Positions 8,865 through 18,994 of a stretch of 50,955 nt of DNA are shown in pieces. Below the pieces are notes generated by a model. That model was given only the letters and a program-made list of their open reading frames with translations. It had not been told where the DNA came from and made no database searches. Location of the stretch: assembly GCA_947627635.1 (NCBI GenBank), contig CANQWT010000003.1, positions 1-50,955 on the forward strand. The letters are read 5' to 3'. How positions within the stretch are numbered: position 1 is the stretch's first letter; the number at the start of each line of letters is the position of its first letter. Made by a program: the position numbers and the translations under genes. Source of the stretch: an uncultured Bacilli bacterium (GTDB taxonomy: Bacteria > Bacillota_I > Bacilli_A > RF39 > UBA660).

Positions 8865-10367
8865 CTATTTCTTTCTTTTATTTCCTGTATAGTAATATCC
8901 TTGGCTGATAAGTGTTTGATCGTTACTTGAATCACTCCATTTTGTTGTTGTTTTTCCTTTTTCAAGAAGTTTTCTAGTTCTTACACTATAATATACTTTT
9001 GTAGCATAATATGGAGCATCACGATAAGCTTTTTCATAAACTGTTACAGTTCTATAAACTGGAATTGTTTTTGTTACAATGTTACTACAGCTTACTTTGA
9101 TAGATGTATTGGTACTCTTAACAGTATTAGAACTTAATAGTTGAGTGGTTGTTGTAGAACCTGTAGTAACATTTGAAAGTCCTCCACGATACTCATAAAC
9201 TTTATAAGTATATTTAGGAGTTGAACTACATCCATCACAAGAATAATTGTATCCTGCTCTTACATAACGTTTTGTAGCTGTATCAGAAGGTGCGATATAA
9301 CCTACATAATCACCAACATAAATCCAATCTCCTGATGATACACCTGATGTAGAAAGAGTTGTTACTCTACCATAAGTTTTTGTTGTTGTATAAGTTGTTT
9401 CGTTAATTCTAACGTATTCATAGTTTGCACAAGATTTTTCTTGATAGCTTCCGTATTGTCTTAGTTCTTGACGAGATGCAGTATAAGCTTCTTTATAAGT
9501 ACCATTTTGTTCTTTACGCTCTAAGATTTGAATTTGTTTTAAACATGTTGGGTCAGAAGTACTACAGTCGATTGCTTTATAACCTGCAGTATTTTTTTGC
9601 CATGCTGACCAACTTGTCCATGCAGACATCTTAGCACCTGTTGTCTTTTTGTACTCATATTCATATTTAGCTTGTTCAACTGGATTATCTGGTTTATCCG
9701 GATTGTCTGGGTTGTCAGGATTATCAGGTTTTCCTGGATCGTCAGGATTTCCTGGAGTAGGATCTTTACCTGGATCACTTGGAGTTGGATCTCCAGGGTC
9801 AACTGTTACGTCTCCACCTGCTTGTCCACCACCAGAATATCCTCCACTATAGCTTCCACCTGATGGGAATGAAGCTCCTTTAGCAACGATAGTGTCTTTC
9901 TTTTCACAAACGTCGCTATCACAATAGTTGTAGCATCCTAGATGGACTAAAATATAATCTTCTTCTTTACTACATTCAAGATTAACTTTTAGTAAATATT
10001 CATTGTCCATTTTTGTAATTTCTACATAACTATCGTCAACACTACATGCTTTACCATACTTATCTACGAATGGCATTAGTAACTTCTTACCAATCATATC
10101 GCGAAGTGTCATTTTATCACTATCGCCGATTTCCTTTGGTAGACGTTCTGTTGTATAGTAGCTTATCGCAGCATCTTTCATTGTTCCTAAGTTATCTGCG
10201 AAAATTCTTTCAGTAAGTGGTGATAAGTCTACTACATTTGTTGTAGTTGGTTTTAAAAATTTTGGTAGTAACCATATTACTAAGAAAACAATTAAAACGA
10301 TGATGATGATTTTTAGTAAAAAATCACGTATTGGAAATGTTCTTCTTTCGTATTCTTCTGTATACAT
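8865..10367 (-). CDS. Membrane-anchored surface protein: pilin/ComGC-like head, PD-rich linker, Tyr/Thr/Cys-rich beta region with WxxWxxW
   Basis: N-terminal TM helix, then NLGTMKDAAISYY...MTLRDMI...C..DDSYVEIT....YLLKVNLEC (pilin-head-like pattern with Cys pair); (K/N)PD repeats; AWTSWSAW. Confidence 0.75.
   Translation of the reverse strand: MYTEEYERRTFPIRDFLLKIIIIVLIVFLVIWLLPKFLKPTTTNVVDLSPLTERIFADNLGTMKDAAISYYTTERLPKEIGDSDKMTLRDMIGKKLLMPFVDKYGKACSVDDSYVEITKMDNEYLLKVNLECSKEEDYILVHLGCYNYCDSDVCEKKDTIVAKGASFPSGGSYSGGYSGGGQAGGDVTVDPGDPTPSDPGKDPTPGNPDDPGKPDNPDNPDNPDKPDNPVEQAKYEYEYKKTTGAKMSAWTSWSAWQKNTAGYKAIDCSTSDPTCLKQIQILERKEQNGTYKEAYTASRQELRQYGSYQEKSCANYEYVRINETTYTTTKTYGRVTTLSTSGVSSGDWIYVGDYVGYIAPSDTATKRYVRAGYNYSCDGCSSTPKYTYKVYEYRGGLSNVTTGSTTTTQLLSSNTVKSTNTSIKVSCSNIVTKTIPVYRTVTVYEKAYRDAPYYATKVYYSVRTRKLLEKGKTTTKWSDSSNDQTLISQGYYYTGNKRKK
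9680..9800 (-). repeat. Degenerate 9-bp coding tandem repeats (N/K-P-D linker)
   Basis: Encodes DPGDPTPSDPGKDPTPGNPDDPGKPDNPDNPDNPDKPDNP. Confidence 0.85.
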
Positions 10368-10394
10368 AATCGAATACCCCCTTCAATGGCTTGT

Positions 10395-10423
10395 ATTATA
10401 ACACTTTTGTTTTTATTTGTCAA
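10395..10423 (-). promoter_or_regulatory. Perfect sigma-A promoter for the 500-aa/776-aa operon
   Basis: TTGACA (10418-10423) - 17 bp - TATAAT (10395-10400), with extended TG. Confidence 0.88.
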
Positions 10424-10676
10424 CATTTTGTATCAATGTAATTAAAGTCATACCTGGATTTAGAAAAGAAAGCGTAAAAGTTTGTACTCTTTTGTCTGTT
10501 TTTAAGTAAGAATGAACTTCTTTTCGTAAGATGCCCTCTCCTATTCCATGGATGATAATTCCCTCTGTTTCCTTGAGTTTACAAAGGTCTGTGATAAAGT
10601 CTTTGACTGCAATTCTAGCACTTTCTCGGTCATATCCGTGCAAATCAATGGAAGGTGTTGTACTAAGAAACATCAT
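10413..10676 (-). CDS. Stand-alone Smr/MutS2 C-terminal domain protein
   Basis: IDLHG and IIHGIGEGILRKEV, NPG.T motifs; 87 aa. Confidence 0.9.
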   Translation of the reverse strand: MMFLSTTPSIDLHGYDRESARIAVKDFITDLCKLKETEGIIIHGIGEGILRKEVHSYLKTDKRVQTFTLSFLNPGMTLITLIQNVDK

Positions 10677-11568
10677 TTTGCCTTTCTACTTCAATAACTT
10701 CCTCTAAATCTGGCATCGAGAAACGTCCTCCTAACTTTCTAACAGAAAGTGCTCCTGCGATATTCGCAAGGCGAATTGTTTTTTCAAGGGGATAGGAATG
10801 AGCTAAAAAGTAAGTGAATGCTCCATGAAAAATATCTCCTGCTCCTGTTGAATCAACACAAGGTACTGAAATACTTGGGATAATTTTATAATTTCCGTCA
10901 ATTTCTGTGAATGTTCCTTTGGCTTCCAAAGTGATGATGATATGATTTTGAAAATCTTGTTTTAACTTCTCATAAATTGGAATAATTGTTTCCATATTGT
11001 CATAATCCATTTTCATTTTACAATAATTTTCTGCGAAATCATGAGAACAAACCACATAATCAACTAAAGGACATAACAAAACTGTACTTTCCCGATAACT
11101 TCCAGCATCAATGATTTTAAGTGCTTCCTGATTTTCTTCTAAAACCTGTTTGGATGCTACAAGCTCTTCACCATCTAGTAAGATGACATCATACTTTCCT
11201 TCTGGTGCATGAGAAAGTGTAAGTAGGTCTTTATCCTTAGCAGATAAAATGGTCCTTGACCCATTATTGGTATTAGCAATGATAAATCCCAACATTGTAT
11301 TTGATAAGTCAGAAAGCTCTAAATAAGTCGTATCCACTCCAATTTGTTCAAACTCTTCTTTAATTTTCTTACCATAATAGTCATTTCCTACTAATCCTGA
11401 AAAAGAAACATCACTATCCCACTTTCCCAATAAATAAGCTGCATTAGAAGCAGGACCCCCACCACAACTAACTGTAGAAGAAAGTCGTGTTTTCGTATTT
11501 TCTTGTGGATAACTTTCAGTTTGAAATGTAATATCGTATGCCGCATGGCCTAAACATAAGAATTTCAT
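10663..11568 (-). CDS. PfkB/ribokinase-family carbohydrate kinase
   Basis: GGGPASNAA, VGND.YG, DSTGAGDIFHGAF signature. Confidence 0.93.
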   Translation of the reverse strand: MKFLCLGHAAYDITFQTESYPQENTKTRLSSTVSCGGGPASNAAYLLGKWDSDVSFSGLVGNDYYGKKIKEEFEQIGVDTTYLELSDLSNTMLGFIIANTNNGSRTILSAKDKDLLTLSHAPEGKYDVILLDGEELVASKQVLEENQEALKIIDAGSYRESTVLLCPLVDYVVCSHDFAENYCKMKMDYDNMETIIPIYEKLKQDFQNHIIITLEAKGTFTEIDGNYKIIPSISVPCVDSTGAGDIFHGAFTYFLAHSYPLEKTIRLANIAGALSVRKLGGRFSMPDLEEVIEVERQNDVS

Positions 11569-12206
11569 TGATATACTCCTTTCTTTTCTAATGCATCAAG
11601 AACAGGTTGATAACTTCTTCTGTGTTCTTCTAATACTCCATATTGAAATAAAGCTTCTAAATGTTTTTTCGTAGGATAACCTTTATTATGTTTGAAATCA
11701 TACATTGGGTATTTCTCATCCATTTCATCAAGCATTCTATCCCTTGTCACTTTGGCAATTACAGAAGCAGCAGAAATAGTAATACTTTTTAAATCACCTT
11801 TGATAATTGAAGTTGTTGGAATATCTAGTTCTAATGACATTGCATCAATTAAAATATGTTCGATTTTACAAGGACAATTTTCAATTGCTCGTTGCATAGC
11901 AATTTTTGTAGCTTGATAGATGTTATACTCATCAATTTCTTTCGCACTACACATTCCTATTCCAATTCCAAGGGCTTGTTGTTGAATTAAATCATAGAGA
12001 ACTTCTCGTTTTTTAGGAGATAATTTCTTAGAATCTGTAAGTCCTGGTAAATCAAATTGTTCTGGTAAGACAACACAGGCTGTGACTACAGGACCAATTA
12101 AAGGACCACGTCCTACTTCATCAACTCCTGCAATCATAGTAATCCCTTGATTTCTTAAGTCTCTTTCATATTGATAATTGTCGAATTCTACTTCTTTTTT
12201 CTTCAT
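11565..12206 (-). CDS. rnhB: Ribonuclease HII (start revised to ATG at 12206)
   Basis: GVDEVGRG, DSKKL, IKGD, AASVIAKVTRD, HNKGYPT motifs. The tracked MCYNRN extension is the promoter sequence TGTTACAAT. Confidence 0.95.
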   Translation of the reverse strand: MKKKEVEFDNYQYERDLRNQGITMIAGVDEVGRGPLIGPVVTACVVLPEQFDLPGLTDSKKLSPKKREVLYDLIQQQALGIGIGMCSAKEIDEYNIYQATKIAMQRAIENCPCKIEHILIDAMSLELDIPTTSIIKGDLKSITISAASVIAKVTRDRMLDEMDEKYPMYDFKHNKGYPTKKHLEALFQYGVLEEHRRSYQPVLDALEKKGVYQ

Positions 12207-12335
12207 ATTTCTATTGTAACACACAAAACTCTTTTTCTGTACTGATAAAACCTTATTTATAGTATTGATATTGTCAAATAAAGTCTTTAACTATCTGAAT
12301 TGTATGAACTTTAGGACGAACAATACTTTATTTAC

Positions 12336-12365
12336 AAAAAGAAAAAGTAGCTTTGATACTACTTT
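12336..12365 (-). terminator. Intrinsic terminator downstream of yebC and the small ORF
   Basis: AAAGTAG-8 nt-CTACTTT stem followed by a U-rich run on the minus strand. Confidence 0.65.
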
Positions 12366-12368
12366 AAG

Positions 12369-12509
12369 TTAAGCCAATTTTTTGACTTGGTATTTTGCTT
12401 TTGTATGGTCACCCTCATGAGGTAGTACTTCTTTTTTAGAGATAGCACACTTAATATCACTATAACAATAAAATAGTGGTACATTGATTTGATTCTTTTT
12501 ATTTTTCAA
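12369..12509 (-). CDS. Possible 46-aa small protein downstream of yebC
   Basis: TTG start preceded by AAGGAAAGGAAGG; MKNKKNQINVPLFYCYSDIKCAISKKEVLPHEGDHTKAKYQVKKLA*; stop sits directly before the terminator. Confidence 0.35.
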   Translation of the reverse strand: MKNKKNQINVPLFYCYSDIKCAISKKEVLPHEGDHTKAKYQVKKLA

Positions 12510-12532
12510 CCGAAACCCTTCCTTTCCTTACA

Positions 12533-13252
12533 TTACATTTTTAAATTATGATAAATTTCATTGACATCATCGAGTTCTTCTAATGTTTCAAGAAGTCCCT
12601 CTACTTTTTCTCTTGTTTCATCATCAACTTCAATGGTATTGGTTGCAAGATAGGTCACTTCACAAGTTAAAAATTCTTTAACCCCCATTTGTTCTAGAGC
12701 ATCTTTTACAGCCATTAAGTTTTCTGCACTCATAGTAATTTCATATGTTTCATCATTTTTAGAAACATCATCGGCTCCAGCATCTAATGAGGTAAGCATG
12801 ACTTCATCTTCATTATATTCTACTGGGATTTCAATAATTCCTGTTCGTTTAAAAAGATAAGAGACACTTCCATCTGTTCCTAAGTTACCCCCTCTTTTAG
12901 TAAAGGCACTTCTAACTCCTGACGCTGTACGATTTCGATTATCTGTTAAGCAGTCTACCATAATCGCAACTCCTGCAGGACCGTATCCTTCATAACGAAC
13001 GGATTCAAAGTTTTCACCTTCGCTTGCTCCTTTTGCTTTATCAATTGCCTTTTGAATATTGTCTTTAGGCATATTGGCAGCTTTTGCTTTTTCTACAACT
13101 AATCTTAAAGAAGCATTGCTATCAGGGTCAGGTGTTCCCAACTTTGCTGCAACATAAAGCTCTTTTGCTAGTTTTTGGAAAACTTTACCTCTTGCTTGGT
13201 CAAGTGCTCCTTTTTTACGATGAATGGTTGCCCATTTAGAATGTCCACTCAT
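12533..13252 (-). CDS. yebC: YebC/PmpR family protein
   Basis: MSGHSKW, YEGYGP.G, TDNRNRT motifs; 239 aa. Confidence 0.96.
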   Translation of the reverse strand: MSGHSKWATIHRKKGALDQARGKVFQKLAKELYVAAKLGTPDPDSNASLRLVVEKAKAANMPKDNIQKAIDKAKGASEGENFESVRYEGYGPAGVAIMVDCLTDNRNRTASGVRSAFTKRGGNLGTDGSVSYLFKRTGIIEIPVEYNEDEVMLTSLDAGADDVSKNDETYEITMSAENLMAVKDALEQMGVKEFLTCEVTYLATNTIEVDDETREKVEGLLETLEELDDVNEIYHNLKM

Positions 13253-13344
13253 ATTATCACTCCTTTTCTTATCTATAAGGTTCGTTCTTGCTCGCTATAA
13301 ATAATATCACAAAAAGTTTCTTTTTAAAAGCTCTTTTTAAAGTA

Positions 13345-13902
13345 CTATAGTTCTGTTACTTTAATACGGCCATGATAATGGGATGAGGCATTTACAACAA
13401 AACTACTATTGACTGGCCAAATTCGAATGGTATAGTTTTCTTCTTTTCCAGCTTCTAAGCTATCCATTCTTAAAACCGAATTTTCAAAGTCACTTAGTAA
13501 AACAGCTTCTGCAACTTGATGGTCTTTTCGAACACTTAATTTAAGAAGTTCTTTAGGAATTAAATTTTCCATACAGCCATCTTGAGCTTGAGCTTCTAAA
13601 TCATCTACTAACTCTATTTTATATGAAACTCTATGATTTCTTTCGTTTTTAACAGTAAACGTATAAGCATGAGATGATAATCCTACAGAATCTGTTACAG
13701 GATAAAATTTAGTTAAAGTGATTTTATCTTTATCCTTTTCATGAAAAGTTACTTCCAAATTAGGAGAGTTTACTTTAGCATCTCTAGCATCTTTAAATTC
13801 ATTATAAATAAAATAGGTTGCAATGAGTGCGAATAAAAGTAAAAAGGTTATGATAATTGCACTTTTAATTTGTTGTCTTCGTAATTGTTTTCTATATAAC
13901 AT
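13345..13902 (-). CDS. Membrane-anchored extracellular beta-domain protein (185 aa), similar to the 1..444 product
   Basis: N-terminal TM; YPVTDSVGLSSHAYTFTVKN resembles GTMSDEEGKMSKPYTFTVTKN; YTIRIW. Confidence 0.8.
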   Translation of the reverse strand: MLYRKQLRRQQIKSAIIITFLLLFALIATYFIYNEFKDARDAKVNSPNLEVTFHEKDKDKITLTKFYPVTDSVGLSSHAYTFTVKNERNHRVSYKIELVDDLEAQAQDGCMENLIPKELLKLSVRKDHQVAEAVLLSDFENSVLRMDSLEAGKEENYTIRIWPVNSSFVVNASSHYHGRIKVTEL

Positions 13903-13988
13903 AGTACACCTCTTTGCTTTATTGTACCTTAAAACCTATTTTTAAGCAATGAAAACCTTCCTTAGCTTTCTTTTTTTGGACAGTACTT

Positions 13989-14837
13989 TTATTTTTGAGA
14001 TGGTCTTTCTTGCTTTTCTTTCTCACTTGATATTGTATCTTGATATTTCAAGTGTTTTGCATAATGAAAAGGACTTAAATAAACTCTATCATCTTCCATA
14101 ATCATTCCATGGTCTTTTACCAATTCGTCTAATGGTTTTGTCATTTTATTGAAGTTGATTTGTTTTAAAGTTTTCTTGCTTCTTGTAGACTGTAACCAAG
14201 AATAATACTCTTTTGCATATAAAGGAATTTCTTCTAATGGAAGTCCCATCTCAAAAGGTTCTTTCATTTCAACATATTCTGGATTAGGAACCTCGTCATA
14301 ACAGTTACAATACTGAATTAAAAAATTAGGAATAGAAACATAAGCACTATTTTCTGGAACATCCTGCATTTTAAATTGTTCTGCAAGTTCTAATAATTTT
14401 GCTTGTCCTTCTCTTCCTACACATGAAACTCCAAAATTAACACAACCCATATGATAAGAAAATTTTAGAATGTCTTCTCCTGTTAATTGGTCGTAAACTT
14501 TTTGATTTTCTTCTGAAAGATTATCCTTGATTATTTCAACCCAGCACTCACCTTCATTCAAATGGTCACTTGCCATAAAGGTATATATATTTTTAGACCA
14601 TAATTCTAAGCATGCAGGAATACATTCTTCAATAATATACTTTCTTGGATTTTGTTCTACAATTTCTTGAGGACAAGTTCTTTCTTCTTCAAACTCTTCA
14701 TTTTCAGGTAAAAAGCCTTTTTTGACGATATCTTCTTTCCTTGCCGTTATTTCTTCCTCAGTCAGTTCTCTAAATCCTAATTGTTCTAGCTCTTCTTCTG
14801 TAATCTCATCAAATTGAAATAGGTCGTCATTCTTCAT
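13989..14837 (-). CDS. Hypothetical acidic protein (282 aa)
   Basis: ORF with SD AAGGA; several Cys; no recognised domain. Confidence 0.8.
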   Translation of the reverse strand: MKNDDLFQFDEITEEELEQLGFRELTEEEITARKEDIVKKGFLPENEEFEEERTCPQEIVEQNPRKYIIEECIPACLELWSKNIYTFMASDHLNEGECWVEIIKDNLSEENQKVYDQLTGEDILKFSYHMGCVNFGVSCVGREGQAKLLELAEQFKMQDVPENSAYVSIPNFLIQYCNCYDEVPNPEYVEMKEPFEMGLPLEEIPLYAKEYYSWLQSTRSKKTLKQINFNKMTKPLDELVKDHGMIMEDDRVYLSPFHYAKHLKYQDTISSEKEKQERPSQK

Positions 14838-14875
14838 AAAATTATCCTTTCTCTATTCTAATCTCAATAAATTTT

Positions 14876-16840
14876 TCATTCAAAATCTGTTCGTTTTCCA
14901 TCAATAACAACATACTCTTCTTGTTTATTTGGATTAAAAACATAACTGACTTCTTGTCCAATATCTCCAATATTATCATTTTTATCTTGATGTTTAGAAA
15001 AAACAGTATCTAATTTTTCTTCGATTTGTTCTTTTGTAAACGGTTTGGCTATATAATCAGTAAAACCTTCTTCCAAATATTTTTCTTTTGCACCTTTTAC
15101 TGCATCAGCAGTTAGTGCAATCACTGGAATATGAAAATCTTTATTTTCTAGTAATTTTTTTAAAGTTGTTTCTCCACTCATTTCAGGCATCATAATATCC
15201 ATTAAAATTAAATCATACATTGTATCTGCACTTATCTTTTCAAGGCATTCTCTTCCGCTTAAACACTCTTCAGCAAGGAAACCTAAGCTTTCTAAATTCT
15301 TTTTAGCTACTTTGATATTGAGCATGTTATCATCGACAATAAGTACTCTCTTTCCTTGATAACTATTATTCTTTTGAATTTGCTTTGGAGAAACACTTAT
15401 AGAGGATGTAGTTTGTTTTTCTCCTGTCATTTTACTTATCTTTTGTGGAATTTGAGCAATAAACATTGAACCTTTTCCAAACTGACTTTGAACATTGATA
15501 GTTCCACCCATCATATCTACAAGAGCTTTAGTAATTGCAAGTCCTAGTCCAGTTCCTTCTGTCGTCGTATTTCTTTCTACATCTAATCGTTCAAACTTTG
15601 TAAATAACTTACTAATATTTTCACTCTTTATTCCCCGTCCTGTATCTTGAACACTAATCACCAATAAACATTTATCATTTTGATTGATGCACTTCACTGA
15701 TAGAATAATTTCTCCATGTTCTGTATACTTAATCGCATTTGTAAGTAAATTGTTAATTATTTCTTTGATATGAACTTTATCACCTATTAGTTCATAAGGA
15801 ATATCTTCAGCAAAATCCATCTTAAAATCAATCGGTTTCTCACCAATTCTAGTTGCAGCAATTCGAGCCATATTTTTAACTTCTAAAACAAAATGATATG
15901 GCTCTTCAGTTAATTCCATTTTTTCACTTTCAATCTTATTGATATCTAAAATATTTCCAATAATTTCCAACAAAGTTTGAGAAGCATTTTGGATATCTGT
16001 CGTATCTTCTACAACTTCCTTTGGAACTTGGTCTTTATAACTTGCAATATCAGAAGAAAGACCTACAATTGCATTTAAAGGTGTTCTAATTTCATGAGAC
16101 ATACTGGATAAAAAATCACTTTTCGCCCGATTTGCCTTTTCAGCTTGGTTTTTGGCAATTTGTAATTGTGCAACCATTTTCATATCAGGATTTTCAATGG
16201 TAAAGAACATAGTATAGCAAATAAATGTTCCTATCATTGTAGCAATCAAAACACTAGGTTCCAATGTTTGAATAACAGCATTTAGTCCTAACATCATAAT
16301 CACTAAAAATATTGGAACATATTTCTTTTCTTTAATCTTTTTTATATTATGTAAAAGTAGCAATACCCAAGTAATGATATATAATCCTAGAAAAAACTTT
16401 AAAACTTCTACAGAAGGACCAAAACTATACATTTTATCTGCATCACAATATATGTTCGTAGGTAAAATAACTATAATGATTGACCCAAGTAGTGAAAATA
16501 TGATATTACTGTTTCTTATCATTTTATAATGTTTATTATATTTTTCTTCTTTATCCTTGTTCATGCACACAATGAAAGTGTAAATTGAAAATATTCCAAA
16601 CCAAATAAACATATATAGCAAATATAATTCTGCAAATACTTTCGATAAAATCTGTTCTTTTCCTAATACTCTTATAAATACTTGCAATGAAATTTCAATC
16701 ATATATCCTATTAAGTTTAAAATAGCTAAATATTTAAAGTATTGATTTTCTTTAGATGGAATTACATCTTTTGATAAAAATACTGCTAGTAATAAGAGAA
16801 TAAATATAAAACCTGTAATTAAAAATATAATATTCCACAC
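14876..16840 (-). CDS. Hybrid sensor histidine kinase (about 7 TM - HisKA - HATPase - receiver)
   Basis: [16 protein letters not shown] (H box), [10 protein letters not shown] (N), DTGRGI (G1), GTGLGL (G2), VDDN...[10 protein letters not shown]...KP receiver. Confidence 0.95.
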   Translation of the reverse strand: MWNIIFLITGFIFILLLLAVFLSKDVIPSKENQYFKYLAILNLIGYMIEISLQVFIRVLGKEQILSKVFAELYLLYMFIWFGIFSIYTFIVCMNKDKEEKYNKHYKMIRNSNIIFSLLGSIIIVILPTNIYCDADKMYSFGPSVEVLKFFLGLYIITWVLLLLHNIKKIKEKKYVPIFLVIMMLGLNAVIQTLEPSVLIATMIGTFICYTMFFTIENPDMKMVAQLQIAKNQAEKANRAKSDFLSSMSHEIRTPLNAIVGLSSDIASYKDQVPKEVVEDTTDIQNASQTLLEIIGNILDINKIESEKMELTEEPYHFVLEVKNMARIAATRIGEKPIDFKMDFAEDIPYELIGDKVHIKEIINNLLTNAIKYTEHGEIILSVKCINQNDKCLLVISVQDTGRGIKSENISKLFTKFERLDVERNTTTEGTGLGLAITKALVDMMGGTINVQSQFGKGSMFIAQIPQKISKMTGEKQTTSSISVSPKQIQKNNSYQGKRVLIVDDNMLNIKVAKKNLESLGFLAEECLSGRECLEKISADTMYDLILMDIMMPEMSGETTLKKLLENKDFHIPVIALTADAVKGAKEKYLEEGFTDYIAKPFTKEQIEEKLDTVFSKHQDKNDNIGDIGQEVSYVFNPNKQEEYVVIDGKRTDFE

Positions 16841-16854
16841 TAGACAAACACCTC

Positions 16855-18858
16855 TTATTTCTTTATAAATACTTTTTCATTTGATTTTGATACATTTTCT
16901 TGTATGATTTCATATTTTCCATTCTTTTCTTGAAAATGAATTTTTACGAATTTTCCATCTTCAACTTTTACATATCCTTCCGTCTGTTTTGAAAGTCTAT
17001 TTTTATCTTTTTTCAATGTAGTTGGAGAATATGGAAGCATTTCTTCATGAAATGAATAACCTACAAGATTTACATTTTCAGGTAAAGTTTCTTGTATTTT
17101 TTGGTTCAGATTTTCTAATAATAATGGTTTTGCTTCTTCTTTTATTCCTTTGTTCCAAACAATATGTGCAACTAACGTATTTTCTTGTTCTGTTTCCATC
17201 GGAAGAACAATAGCATCATCAATAAAGGCATTGTCTTTCATTTGATTTGCAATATCAAAGAAACGTAGTCTTTCTCCATTAGCTAAAGTTATGCCATCTT
17301 TAACCCTTCCCCAAATATATAAAAATCCATCTTCATCAATTTCTGCTAAATCGCCAGTATGCACCCAATCGTCCACTATAATTTCATTGGTTAATCTTGG
17401 TTTATTATAATATTCTTTCATTGCTGAATTACTTTTAACCCATAACTCACCACGGGCATTATAAGATAATTCTTTACCATCTTTATCAAAAACACCAACA
17501 GTAATTCCAGCATAAGGAATTCCCACATCCATAATCTGTTTTTTCACTTTATGGTCTACGTCTAATTTTTCAACAGAAATAGCGGAAAATAACTCAGATA
17601 ATCCATATCCACTAAATAATCCATTGGTAGAATTTGCCCTTTTCATAATTTCATTCCATCTATCAAATTTTTGAACATCCGTTCCTTCACCACCAATAGT
17701 CCAACCTTTTGCACAACTGAAATCAAATGCTTTTCCTTTACTCATTTCTTGTGCAACACGTTTAAAGAAAGCTTCCCACATACTTCCTGTAGTTAAAGCA
17801 ATATTTGGTTTTAAGTCTACAATTTGATTATAAAAATCTTTTTCGGATACTCTTGGGTCAACAAGTACAGTTAATCCTTTATACATAGCGAGAAAGAAAA
17901 GTACATTTAAAGAAGTCGATGCTGTAGGTGGTAGACTATTCAGACATCTGTCACCTTTAAAATATTGTACTTCAGAAGAATTTGCCATAAGAAGTTGGTA
18001 TAAGGTTGACTCATTTGTGGCTACTGTTCCTTTAACAATACCGCCCACTGTTGTTCCACTAGATGAAGTAATAAAAGCACTACGGTTTGGAACAAATTTT
18101 TCTTTGACATTTTCAGTATAATAATCAGCAATTGCTTTTGCTTCATCTAACCAGATATATTTTTTCTCTTTTGGAATAGAAGATTTTTCCTTCTTTGCTT
18201 GCAAATAACTCATAAAAGAGACAATTTCTTTTTTCGGACTTGGCATATCTTCTGTTACTGTCGCAACAATGACTTTCTTAAATTTATCTTTGGAAAATTC
18301 ATTTTTTACATTGTTCCACATACCGTCATAGACTACTGCAATTTTAGAATTTCTTGTTTCTTCTTCTAAAGCCTCTTCACTAATTGCAAGTTTTAGAAAA
18401 TAAGATGTTGCTCCAATCATATTTAGAGCATATACCATCGCACAAACATCTGGGAAAAAAGGACCATAAATTGGTACGACTTCATCAGGCTCTACTCCCA
18501 TCGCTTTAAATGTCCGGGCCCAAATATAAACTCTATCTTTAAAATCTTCTCTTGATATTTGTCTATTAAAATATTCAATTGCAGGAACATCATAGTATTC
18601 TTCAAGTTTTTCTTCCATGACATCCCATACAGTTTTATGAAGTGGTATGTTATTTGCTTCTTCAAAAGCCCCTTCTTTATAATTTTTTAACCACACTTTA
18701 TCAATAGATGGAAACCCCGTTAAACCTTTTGATAAATACTTTTCTTGTTCCTCACTAATTTGTAAGATATTTTTAATCTCTTCTATTTTTGGAATATCCT
18801 TTCTTTTTATAGCACTTGCTAAATCCTCTTTCAACTTAGCATACATTTCTTTTGTCAT
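16855..18858 (-). CDS. Class I adenylate-forming (AMP-binding) enzyme, acyl-CoA synthetase-like
   Basis: ITSSSGTT...KG P-loop, [31 protein letters not shown]. Confidence 0.9.
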   Translation of the reverse strand: MTKEMYAKLKEDLASAIKRKDIPKIEEIKNILQISEEQEKYLSKGLTGFPSIDKVWLKNYKEGAFEEANNIPLHKTVWDVMEEKLEEYYDVPAIEYFNRQISREDFKDRVYIWARTFKAMGVEPDEVVPIYGPFFPDVCAMVYALNMIGATSYFLKLAISEEALEEETRNSKIAVVYDGMWNNVKNEFSKDKFKKVIVATVTEDMPSPKKEIVSFMSYLQAKKEKSSIPKEKKYIWLDEAKAIADYYTENVKEKFVPNRSAFITSSSGTTVGGIVKGTVATNESTLYQLLMANSSEVQYFKGDRCLNSLPPTASTSLNVLFFLAMYKGLTVLVDPRVSEKDFYNQIVDLKPNIALTTGSMWEAFFKRVAQEMSKGKAFDFSCAKGWTIGGEGTDVQKFDRWNEIMKRANSTNGLFSGYGLSELFSAISVEKLDVDHKVKKQIMDVGIPYAGITVGVFDKDGKELSYNARGELWVKSNSAMKEYYNKPRLTNEIIVDDWVHTGDLAEIDEDGFLYIWGRVKDGITLANGERLRFFDIANQMKDNAFIDDAIVLPMETEQENTLVAHIVWNKGIKEEAKPLLLENLNQKIQETLPENVNLVGYSFHEEMLPYSPTTLKKDKNRLSKQTEGYVKVEDGKFVKIHFQEKNGKYEIIQENVSKSNEKVFIKK

Positions 18859-18994
18859 AAACCCTCCAACTAAAATATTGATTTCTATTATTATAGCTTA
18901 TTTTTGTAGAAAATCGCCATAAAATGTCAAATATTTGGAAAAAATAAATAGGATTGTAGGAAGTAGATGTTGAAGTAGTCATTATAAAAGTGTT

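Noticed and set aside
9680-9800. Tandem repeats as a CRISPR or iteron array
   Set aside because: In-frame degenerate coding repeats with no spacers; no cas genes in the window.
6704-9863. Several short Q/L- or GLS-repeat ORFs
   Set aside because: Shadow frames of low-complexity regions in the 776-aa and 500-aa genes.
12207-12224. MCYNRN N-terminal extension of RnhB
   Set aside because: It is the translated -10 element TGTTACAAT.
12311-12320. TTCGTCCT, similar to a T-box antiterminator 3' arm
   Set aside because: No TGGNACC bulge or Stem I nearby.
12440-12509. Resemblance of INVPLF(IVIVILS, after a frameshift) to the FtsW/RodA N-terminus
   Set aside because: Too short to call a pseudogene; needs an assumed frameshift.
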